Origin: Macrostomum hystrix
Lineage: Eukaryota > Animalia > Platyhelminthes
Assembly: GCA_950097015.1 (NCBI GenBank)
Contig: CATNEN010000029.1
Span: 1,612,001 to 1,676,000, forward strand
DNA: 64,000 nt
Direction of reading: 5' to 3'
Position numbers and translations under genes: made by a program. Shown here piece after piece: positions 24,835 through 36,800 of the stretch. The notes beneath the pieces are model-generated. The model was not told where the DNA came from. It saw only the letters and a list, made by a program, of their open reading frames with translations, and did no database searches. The first letter of the stretch is position 1, and each line of letters starts with the position of its first letter.

Positions 24835-27800
24835 CTAACAGTCGCTAGAGAATGTGTGCCAATGGACAATGGATTGTTCAGGATTGTCGCACATCTCCTG
24901 CCAGTGTTCCAGCTCGCGGCCTTTTGTAAACAACTCGGGTCCCAGCACTACCGAGCCGAGTGGCCGGTCTGAAATAGTGTGAAGGACTATTTCAGTGTGA
25001 AGGCCCAAATCCCCAGCTGATCCCAGCCTCACCTGTGCCCAAATCCCTAGCTGATCCCAGCCTCACCTGTGCCCGAATCCCAAACTGATCCCAGCCTCAC
25101 CTGTGCCAGAATCCCCAGCTGATCCCAGCCTCACCTGTGCCAGAATCCCAAACTGATCCCAGCCTCACCTGTGCCAGAATCCCCAGCTGATCCCAGCCTC
25201 ACCTGTGCCAGAATCCCAAACTGATCCCAGCCTCACCTGTGCCCGAATCCCAAACTGATCCCAGCCTCACCTGTGCCCGAATCCCAAACTGATCCCAGCC
25301 TAACCTATGCCCGAATCCCAAACTGATCCCAGCCTCACCGAACAGAGCCCCAATGCTTGAGCATCTCCGCATGAGCAGCAGCCGGATGGTGCTCTGCTTG
25401 GCGTCCGTGAATCGATTGAAAATTAGCGACTCGTTGAATACACCGGTGCTGACGGCTTCTGTTCGCTTGCTCTTTATCTCGCGGCCCTGCATGCCGGAAT
25501 GCAGAGACACCCGGAGGTACAGTTCTTGGTAACGGGAGTGCATGGTTCAGGTTAAAATGTAGCATTCTTCTTAGGTAAGATATTTAAAGGTCAATTTTAC
25601 AGGAAAGCAAGTTTCGTGCTTTTAAATAATTTAAAAGCCTTTTCGGATCCACAAGCGTTTGAATCCCGTTTGGGATTTGGGATAGAAATCCCGGTTAGAA
25701 TAAGACTTTGGGATCACAGTCCCACTTTGGGATCACAATCCCACTTTGGGATCACAATACCGCTTTGGGATCACAATACCGCTTTGGGATCACAATACCG
25801 CTTTGGGATCACAATCCTACTTGGGATCACAATCACACTTTGGGATCACAATACCGCTTTGGGATCACAATCCCACTTTGGGATCACAATACCGCTTTGG
25901 GATCACAATACCGCTTTGGGATCGCAATCCCACTTTGGGATCACAATCCTACTTGGGATCACAATCACACTTTGGGATCACAATACCGCTTTGGGATCAC
26001 AATACCGCTTTGGGATCACAATACCGCTTTGGGATCGCAGTCCCACTTTGGGATCACAATCCTACTTGGGATCACAATCACACTTTGGGATCACAATACC
26101 GCTTTGGGATCACAATACCGCTTTGGGATCACAATACCGCTTTGGGATCACAATCCCACTTTGGGATCACAATACCGCTTTGGGATCACAATCACACTTT
26201 GGGATCACAATCCCGCTTTGAGATCACAATACCGCTTTGGGATCGCAATCCCACTTTGGGATCACAATCCCACTTTGGAATCACAATCACACTTTGGGAT
26301 CACAATACCGCTTTGGGATCACAATACCGCTTTGGGATCACAATCCCACTTTGGGATCACAATACCGCTTTGGGATCACAATACCGCTTTGGGATCACCA
26401 TCCCACTTTGGGATCACAATACCGCTTTGGGATCACAATCCCACTTTGGGATCACAATCCCACTTTGGGATCTTTTGTAGACCAGGAATTCTTTAGATGG
26501 CGCAAAGGCCACGAACTACGTACAAGGAGATTCGATATATTTATACTAACAAAATATGGCTGGGGGTGACAATGGCACGTGGAGAGCAGGGAGTAAGAAC
26601 AGAGCACGTTGTGTCGCACGCGCAGGTGACACACGCGGCCCACGCACGCATAGGAAAATGGGCGTGCATTGAGCAACGATAAGTTAATAGAGTACATTCA
26701 AGTCCGGTTGAAAATTCAAGTCACAACATCCCTCCACACCAAAGCTAAAAATAAATTGAATAACACCGCGAATAGTCAATCCACCGTACATTGGAGCTGT
26801 TAGTCATTTAAGCAGAGTCACTAAATCACTGGTAGCCCAATCGGTCAGGTGGTCCGCACTTCCTGCTTGAGCGCCTCGGCAATCCCTCACCAGTGGCCTC
26901 ATGGGTCTCGGAAACACCTGGCAGGACCACCGCCGCTTCTGCCTGGCCACCAGGTGGGGGCGAAGTTGGCAGCTGTGACTGGGGCTCTTCAGCAGTCAGG
27001 GTAGGCCCAGCCGGCTTGCGCACCTGGTCCACATGGCGATGGGCGTCCCGTCCATCTTCGAAACGGCAGGTGAAGGACGTAGCGCCAGAACTCGCCGTCA
27101 CGGTCGCCGGCTTCCAGCGACCTTCGTTCGCGAAGTCGCGGGCAAGCACGGCGTCCCCGACCTCCACCCGACGGTCGCGGGCGTGGATGTCGTGGTGCTG
27201 CTTTTGCAACGCTTGCTGCTGAGAGACCCTGGCCGGCACATCTGGGCGGACTCGATCGAGAAGTGAGTGAAGCCGTCGTCCCATCAGCAGCTCACACGGG
27301 GCCACCCCAGTAGTGGCGTGCGGAGTCACCCGATATGTCAGGAGGAATCGGGACACCCGCTCTTCCAGCGTACCGCCTCGTTGTTTGGCCAGTGAGCGCT
27401 TCAGAGTTTGCACCGCCCGTTCCGCCTGGCCGTTGGACGCCGGATGATAGGGCGCCGTGCGCACGTGCTTGATGCCGTTCCGCTCCAGAAATGCCTCCAT
27501 TTCCGCGCTGACTAGATTTGGCCCATTGTCCGAGACGAGCACGTCGGGTAGGCCGTGTGTGGCGAAGCTCTGCCTCAGTCTCTCGATTGTCGCGGCCGAG
27601 GACGTTGACGGCATGACGTGTACCTCCATCCACTTCGAGTGGGCGTCGACGATCACGAGCAGCATTCGTCCCTCCACTGGCCCAGCGTAGTCGATGTGGA
27701 GGCGCGACCACGGCCTGTCCGGCCACGCCCACGGTTGCAGTGGGAACGGCCGCGGGGACTTTGAAAGCTCCTGGCAGTCGGGACACGCGCTGACGAGCTG

Positions 27801-30800
27801 CTCAATGGCCTCGTCGAGTTTGGGCCACCAGAAAAAGCTGCGGGCGAGCGCCTTCATCCGGGAGGCGCCTTGATGACCCTGGTGAAGGCATTGGAGCAGA
27901 GCCGACCGGCCCGCCGCTGGCACCAGCACTCGGCAGCCCCACAACAGGCAGCCATCCTGGATGCTAAGTTCGTCGGCACGTGAGTGGTACGGCTGCAACT
28001 CCGGGGGCGTCTGCGCTGGCCAGCAGCCGGACTCCGTGTAGCGCAGAATTCTGGACAGGTCCGGGTCGGTCCGAGTCCATGCCCGAACGTGGCCCGCTGT
28101 CACCGGCCCCTCATCTAACATGTCCATCGTGAGCACAATCTCTGCCGGTACAGGTGCATCCCGTGGTCTCTCAGGCAGGGGCAGGCGGCTCAGTGCATCG
28201 GCTCGGAGCAGGGACTTGCCGGCTCGGTGGACCATATTGTACCGATAGCCGGCCAGGAGCAGAGCCCACCGCTGGATCCTGCCCGAAGCCATCGCAGGGA
28301 TCGGCTTGGACTCGTGCAGGAGTCCCAGCAGCGGCTTGTGGTCGCTCACCAGCATGAATTCCCGGCCGTACAGATACGTGTGAAACTTCTTCACTCCGTA
28401 GACAACCGCGAGAGCCTCCTTCTCCAGCTGCGAATAATTGGCCTCAGCATCGTGCAGAGTACGCGAGGCGAACGCAATCGGCTTGTCGACTCCGTTGACC
28501 CGGTGGCAAATGACTGCGCCGATGCCGTATGGTGAAGCATCGCATTCCAACACCAGGGGCAGCTTGTCGTCGAAGTGAACCAGCACCGGCGCTCTGCTGA
28601 TCAGCTCCTTGCACTTGTGGAATGCTGCGTCCTGGGATGCGCCCCAGTGCCACGGGCTATCGCGGTTCAGCAAGCGGTGCAGAGGTGCCAGCTCGGTCGA
28701 CAGGTTGGGCAAGAATTTGCCGTAATAGTTTACCAGGCCCAGGAAGCTGCGCAGCTGGGTCGGGTCTCGGGGGGCTGGTGCCTCCTGGACAGCCCGCACT
28801 TTGTCCTGCATTGGATGCAGTCCCGTGGCGTCGATCTTGTGACCGAGGTAGCTGACACTCTCCTGCAGGAAATCGCATTTGCTCAGGCCGCACCGTAGGC
28901 CGCTCTGCTGTAGCCGTTGGAGCACCTGCTCGAGGTTCCGCAGGTGGTCACCATCATCTGTTCCGGTTACGAGCAAGTCGTCGATGAAGCACGCTACGTG
29001 CGGAACTCCTTGCAGCAGACAGTCCATCTGTCTCTGGAAGATGCCCACGGCAGGAGCAACTCCGAACGGAAGTCTAGTGTACCGCAGCAGACCTTTGGAG
29101 GTGTTAACGGTGCAGAGTTCTTGCGATGCTTCGTCAAGCGGCATCTGTAGGTATGCCTGGCATAGGTCGAGCTTTGTGAATCGTTTCCCGCCAGCCAGCT
29201 TGGTGAAAAGCTCGTCAATCCTCGGCACTGGGTATGTGTCCGGCTCCACGTCGAGATTAACCGTCTGTTTAAAGTCGGCACATATGCGAACGGAGCCATC
29301 CGTCTTTAGCACTGGGACGATCGGGGATGCATAGTCTGAACTACCGACAGGTTTCAGCACACCCTGATCGATTTCCTTGTCGAGCTGCGCTTCAACTTTT
29401 TCCTTCAGTGCGAGCGGAACATTCCGAGCCTTGTAGAAACGAGGGCGGGCGCCAGGTTTGAGACGAAGCTGCACGGCTGGTCCCGTGTACCGACCGAGGT
29501 CCGGCTTGAAAACAACGGCGTAGCGATCGAGCAGACTGCGTAGCTTTGGGTTGTCAGCTGCATGCCGCACCTGCTTGATTGTTCGCCAGTCTAAGGGCAG
29601 ATCGACCAGCCAGTCCCGACCAATCAGGCTGGAGCCTGTGCCCTCCACCACGAGTAACGGCAGCACCTTGGAGGCCGACTCGGTCTCAACACGAACTCGA
29701 ATTCTTCCGAGCACTGGCACGGACTCTCCCGAGTAGGTGCGTAGCAGCGTGTCGACGGACTCGAGCAGAGGCTGGCCACACAGCTCAGATTTGTAGGTCT
29801 CCGACGATATGAGGGAAACAGATGCTCCGGTGTCCACCTCCATTCGTACTGGGGTGCCGTCGATGATCACCACAGTCTCAATTGGGGGCACCTTGCCGTT
29901 TCTCTCGGCCATGACGTGCAGCGAGAAGGTCTCCTCCGCCTCGAGCTCGTGTATCTTCTGTCCGTCGCGATGGCCGGAGGCGTGCTGGGTCTCTCGTCGT
30001 GACGTCGCGTGGTTTTCACGGCTGGCTGCCGCTGCTGACCTGCACGCGGCCGCGACATGCCCGATCTTTGAGCAGGCGAAGCACTTCTTGTCTGCGAACC
30101 GGCACTTCGCCGCTGAATGACGCTGTGACAGACACCGGTGGCACCGCTTAGTCGACGTTGCCTCTCCGGTTGATCCAGGGCTGTCCCGTCGCTCTTCTGG
30201 TGTCCATCGGCGAACTGCGTGCACGGTGTCTGAGCCTTTGGTCACCAGCAAGTTTCCCTTCGCGGCCGACTCGTGCGCTTGTGCCATCGAGAGTGCAGAC
30301 TCCAGGGTCAATTCTTTCTCAGCGAAGAGCCTCCGCTGGATGTTGTCGTTCTCAATGCCCAGGACCAGTCTGTCTCTGAGCATGCTGTTCAAACTGGCGC
30401 CGAAGTTGCAATGACGTGCTAAATTTCGTAGCTCGGCGAGAAATTCGGCAATGGACTCGCCCGCCTGACGGCTTCTGCTGTAAAACCGGTATCGTCGAAC
30501 GATCTCTGGCGGGGTTGGGTCAAAGTGTTCTTTCAGCTTGTCACAGATTACCACATAGTCAGTCTCAGAGGGCTTCGCAGGTGCCAGTAGGCTGGATACC
30601 AGTTGGTAAGTGTTCTTGCCGCATGTGCTGAGCAGCACGGCTCGCTTCTTGTTCCCTGACTCGATGTCATTTGCGATCAGGAACTGTTCCAGTCTCTCCT
30701 GGTATTGCAGCCAACTCTCAGTGCCCTCCTCAAAGGGTCCGATTGAGCCCAGAATGCTCATTCCTCGTCGCCACTTTTGTAGACCAGGAATTCTTTAGAT

Positions 30801-33800
30801 AGCGCAAAGGCCACGAACTACGTACAAGGAGATTCGATATATTTATACTAACAAAATATGGCTGGGGGTGACAATGGCACGTGGAGAGCAGGGAGTAAGA
30901 ACAGAGCACGTTGTGTCGCACGCGCAGGTGACACACGCGGCCCACGCACGCATAGGAAAATGGGCGTGCATTGAGCAACGATAAGTTAATAGAGTACATT
31001 CAAGTCCGGTTGAAAATTCAAGTCACAACAGGATCACAATCCCACTTTGGGATCACAATACCGCTTTGGGATCACAATACCGCTTTGGGATCACAATCCT
31101 ACTTGGGATCACAATCACACTTTGGGATCACAATACCGCTTTGGGATCACAATACCGCTTTGGGATCACAATACCGCTTTGGGATCACAATACCGCTTTG
31201 GGATCACAATACCGCTTTGGGATCACAATACCGCTTTGGGATCACAATCCCACTTTGGGATCACAATACCGCTTTGGGATCACAATCCTACTTGGGATCA
31301 CAATCCCACTTTGGGATCACAATCCCACTTTGGGATCACAATCCCACTTTGTGAAAACAAACCCACTTTGTGAACACAATCCCACTTTGGGATCACAATC
31401 ACACTTTGGGATCACAATACCGCTTTGGGATCACAATCCCACTTTGGGATCACAATCCCACTTTGGGATCACAATCCCACTTTAGGATCACAATACCGCT
31501 TTGGGATCACAATCCTACTTGGGATCACAATCACACTTTGGGATCACAATCCTACTTTGAATCACAATTTTCTTAAGAATCTTAAGAATATCTTGGAATT
31601 AGAATACGAAATATTCCTAATTCTCGTAATATTAAAGTGCAATGAACTAAATAACCTAAAATATGAATATGGAAAGAATCCAAGTCCCTAACTTAAGAGT
31701 GCAAAGTGCGATATGATTATTGTGTATTCCCTAAACAGTAAGAGTTGATTGAAAAAAGATGATGACATCCAAATTGAATAGATGCGAATTTAGCATTTTT
31801 ATAAGGATCTTCATCTGATTTGCATAACAAGCGCACTGTACTTATCTGGCTAGACCCAAACAGAATGCCTTCATTGTTGCTTAGATACATTACTAGTGAT
31901 AGCCAGCTGGTTAGTGCATGCAGAGTAGGACTCATTCATTCGTTAGAAACTATTCAATATCCCAACCCACCTACATCAGTTCGTATGGCTACTTCAAATG
32001 GCAGTGATACATTTACTCTTTCTTTCTAGCCTGCTGCTTCTCACTTAACTAGTAGACGGGTCTTCTCGTTCAGCCCAAAAGTAATGCAATTTGCTTCTTG
32101 TCAGTTTCCCAATCTGTCCTGTGTTCATTATAAGAAATTCGCCTTGCATTTATATGGGTAGATTCGTTGCAACTTCGGAACTTGCATCCGGCTTTGTTGC
32201 ATAGAAATCCGACTTCATAACATTATGAGCAGTGATATGAGCATTCATACGAGCAGTCATACCAGCAATAATGACCAGCACGGAGTCATATCAGAAGTCA
32301 TACTAGGAGTCATATGAGCAGTCGTACCAGCAGTCATACCAGCAGTCATACCGCAGTCATATGAGCAGTCATAAGCAGTGATATGAGCAGTCATCTGAGC
32401 AGTCATAAGCAGTGCTATGAGCAGTCATCTGAGCAGTCATAAGCAGTGATATGAGCAGTCATCTGAGCAGTCATTTGAGCAGTCATATGAGCAGTCATCT
32501 GAGCAGTCATTTGAGCTGTCATATGAGCAGTCAAATAAGCAGTCATCTGAGCAGTCATCTGAGCAGTCATACCAGAAGTCATTCTCAAGAATGTTTCAAC
32601 ATCTCCTAAAAATGAGAGGTCGACGTTCTTGATTGAATGTCAAATAATTATAATTCTGTACGGTCAGTCTGACAATCAAGTTCCTGAAACTTAACTTTCT
32701 CGCGAAATCTTGCTGTTGCCCTCATTAATTTTGTTCGTTTTATTTTTTAAATAGTGAATATTATCGTGGCTAATTAAGACAACCCGAGGAGCTCAAATAG
32801 CACCGGACCAATCAGACGAGCGCGAGTTTTTTTCTCTTCTTCTCACGCAAAAGAAGACAAACGAGGCAAACTCGGCTTGACCATCGCCCGTGAAGAAAAT
32901 TAAATTTGCTGCCATGTGACTCCAATGAACTTTCTACCTCAGGTATAACTGGCCGAGGATTCGAAATATTTTCCCTTTCTCTGCCTGTGAATAAGAAGAG
33001 TCTACTAACTCCTACCGATAAGCGTTGAATGGCTTTGGAAATTAACAGAATGTTTTAAAGCCATGCGTGCTCAAATGACTTTAATCATTGCGAGGTTCTA
33101 CCCTATATGTGTTGAAAATCGTAAAAGAAAGTTAAAATAAAGAAATTTCTATGACCAAAATTTTTGCGACAATCTACTGAGTCTACCCGATATGGGTAGA
33201 AAATCTCTTTTTGCAAGCTATTGGGGACTTTTCAGAAATGACAATTGTTCTGCCAAAATTATAAATCTGTCTTCCATCTGTCTGGTTTGCTCTGGAATGC
33301 CGAATGAAACTGTTTCTAAGGACCAAATTCTTTTGGAATTCTCTCCAATTTACCCGATATGTATCGAAAAATAACGCGCACTCACCCATCGGTTGGTCGT
33401 CTTCGCGAACCGGCAAATTTCGGCACTCGTGCAGTCCAACAGTGATGCGCTGCATCAGGGCGTGATGAGTCAGCGAGATTCGAACCTCGGTCCTATCGGC
33501 AGCCTTTTATAATATTTTTAATAAAATATATTTGTTATTTTATAAATGAACAGCAGACAGTCTGAAGTTAAATATCATTAATAATCATTTGAAGGGCATC
33601 CGGGATTTCGTAAGAACTTCACAAAATCTATGAGCAGTGCTGCAGAGATTACCGTGTAGACGATGAGCCGGCAAAGAAAAGGTGAGCACGGAACTGACCA
33701 TATGGCGAATCACTGAACCGAATCCCCTCGCGATAGCCGGTCTGTGCACTTTTAGCCCCCCCGACGTGCTCGGTAATGCTGAGCAGTTTAAATTGTCACC

Positions 33801-36800
33801 GCATGCCTCACAATCTTACTGAGCTGAGTCTTACTGAGCCTAGGGGACAGACGATTGGCAAAGAGTTGAGACACAATTTGCACGGGGCATGGAGATTTTC
33901 TGTTAAGTTTCTTCTTTTGTCGATGCGATACCCGGCACGGGTATTTCGCTTTGAGTTCCCAGAATGGCAAGAGCAAATGGGATCGCTTATTTTTAGTCCG
34001 CTTTTTCTTGCGCGGCAATGAAGTCTTTCAGAGCAAAACGGGTAATGCTTTGGGCTAAAATTATCCTGTCTAAAGAAAGTTAGACAGATTTACAGTTCTA
34101 TATTACTTGTAATACGAGCTTTAAACCAATAACTGACTTTGCATGCGATTGTTGTAAAATAAATATCATTTTGAATCTGAAATTCCATCTCTAGCTCTAT
34201 GAAAGCTCTTGATCTTAACCCACTAAAACCCTTGTTCCTCTAACCAACAAAAACCCTACACCCTCCCTCATACCACACTAAACACTCTCCGTCCTACCCC
34301 ACTAAAACCTCTCCCTCTTACCCCACTAAAACCTCTCCCTCTTACCCCACTAAAACCTCTCCCTCTTACCCCACTAAAGCCTGTCCCTCTTACCCCACTA
34401 AAGCCTGTCCCTCTTACCCCACTAAAGCCTGTCCCTCTTACCCCACTAAAGCCTGTCCCTCTTACCCCACTAAAACCTCTCCCTCTTACCCCACTAAAGC
34501 CTGTCCCTCTTACCCCACTAAAGCCTCTCCCTCTTACCCCACTAAAGCCTGTCCCTCTTACCCCACTAAAGCCTCTCCCTCTTAACCCACTAAAACATCT
34601 CCCTCTTACCCCACTAAAGCCTGTCCCTCTTACCCCACTAAAGCCTCTCCCTCTTACCCCACTAAAGCCTCTATACCAGCTAAGGTAAGCTCTGACGGGA
34701 GTTTCTCACATCGAACTCGGCTGGCTCCAGATCGCGAAATATTCTGCAGTCTTTGCCGAACGACAGCAGGTCGCCAAGCGCGAAATCCGCATAGCCCAGC
34801 GGCCGATGGCGCCGTTGCCTGTCGATCTGGCAGACTGTCAGCTGCACGGAGTGGCTGTCCAGGCCGTCAGGTGGGATCTGGTAATGTGGGATCAAGCTAT
34901 AGATAGGTCAGGCTGTGGATGGGTCAGTCTATGGAAGGGTCAGGCTATGGATTGGTCAGGCTGTAGATGGGTCAGGCTATGGATGAGTCAGGCTCCAGTG
35001 TTGAAGAATCCAGTGTTGAAAGGTTAGTCGCATAGCTGCAGCAAAATACAGACAGGCGACTCACCTGAAAGCAAAATTTCTCATCAAAGTTCGGACCGTT
35101 TGTCTTCCGCTTAACTGACGTCGTGTGAACTCGCCGCTCGCCTCCCTCGACGGAGACTCTGAAAGTCCGTGACGCGCGGGTTGAGTAACTGAGCATGCGG
35201 ATTGAGTCTAATGGTAAAACAATACTCGTTTCTGTGTCAAAGGTACCTTCGACAGGAGCAGTTTTTGCTAGTAGATGAAATAGAGTGCAAATAACTTCCG
35301 AGTCTTTCAGTGATTCTTTCACCTTACCTTATCCCTTCTTATCTTATCATTTCTCCACGTCTCTCATTCTGTCTCTTCATCTTTCTCCCTCTATTGCCAT
35401 CTTTCTCCATCTCTCCATCTTTCACCCTCTATATCGATCCTTCTATCCCTCTGTGTCCATCTTTCCATCCTTCTGCGTCCATCTTTCCATTCTTCTGCGT
35501 CCATCTTTCCATCCTTCTGCGTCCATCTTTCCATTCTTCTGCGTCCATCTTTCTCTCTCTCTTCATCTCGGTCTCGACCCTGCACCCTCTCACCGCACGT
35601 AGCAGTCATTGGGCTGGACTGTCTCCCTGCCGGCGCTGCCGGCGCTGCCGCTGCCAAGTCCGACAGGTCGCAAGTTCCTGGCTTTGACCACGGTGACGGC
35701 CAGCTGCTGACTGTCCCGGTTGTAGTTGAGCACAAACCAGATGCGGCCCGAGTGCCCAACCGGCTGCTCATACAGCTCGTCGGCGCCCTCGCTGAGATAG
35801 ATTGACGGATTCAGCTGGCCAAGGGCGCGGAATCTCACTGATACGGCGCAGGGGAGACGGGCGATTTGGTAGTGTGCAGGGGGGATAAGGATGAGACGAA
35901 GGTGAGGTTAGATTGTGTGAGAGAGGGGTGAGAAGCAGGGTGAGACTTCAGGTAAAGTTGCTCGCTTGGCAAGTAAGATAAATAGAAAGGCGAGAATCAA
36001 CATTTAACGACGCGTTTCGCACAACAGTGTGCATCTTCAGGTTTATTTTAAACTAATATAGCGAGTAGAGAAGTGAATAAATATGAGATTTTTGGGTGTA
36101 AATTTAATCAATATTTTAATATTTTCAGTACATATTTGATAGTCCGTAAGTCGAGAGGCAAAGTCCAAGGACGGATTGTTAGCGTTGCAGCCAACAGTAC
36201 AGAATGTACAGCCAGTGCCCCCTCAGAACACACGGAGAACATGGCCCGCGCCACTGTGTTGGAGTTGAGTGTTGAGCAGTTGAATTGATAAACCACACCA
36301 GCACGAAGAGCACAGGGAGATTTCTCAGAGACGAATTTGTGAATGTGAGTGTGGATAAACGCACGAGGGTGACCATTTTGTTGAAACATTTTGGTCAGAA
36401 AATTCACTTCTTGGTCAAAGTTAGTCCAGGTGTTTCAGACAGTGAAAGCTCTGTGGAGCAGACATCTGATGAGACCGGATTTCCACTGCCTTGGGCACAA
36501 AGCATTAAAGTTGAGGATGAGATTGGTAGACGAGCTTTTCCGAAAAACATTGGTGGAGAGGGTCGGAAGCAACCTCAGTAGTGAACTTGATGCTGGTGTG
36601 CGTGGAGTTGAGAGCGTCGAAAAAGCGGTCTATTTTGTTCTTGTTTATCAAAGATGGCAAAAGTGTCATCAACATAACGCCTGTAGAATCTGGGTGCACT
36701 GTCAAGGGTCATCCAGTTGTTGGTTTCCCAGTGAGACATGCAGACATCAGCGAGGGTGGGGGCCGAGGGGCTTCCCATGGCACAACCATGGCAAAGCCAA

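Noticed and set aside
25616-26496. GSQ/ITIPLWDH repeat ORFs in three frames (also 30971-31691)
   Set aside because: Translation of the 19-bp satellite.
26893-30631. Many short + strand and off-frame ORFs inside the Gypsy element
   Set aside because: Shadow ORFs of a GC-rich coding region; no env or accessory gene recognisable.
33470-33500. GATTCGAACC (reverse B-box) suggesting a SINE
   Set aside because: It lies within a frame-consistent SYT15 exon (TEVRISL).
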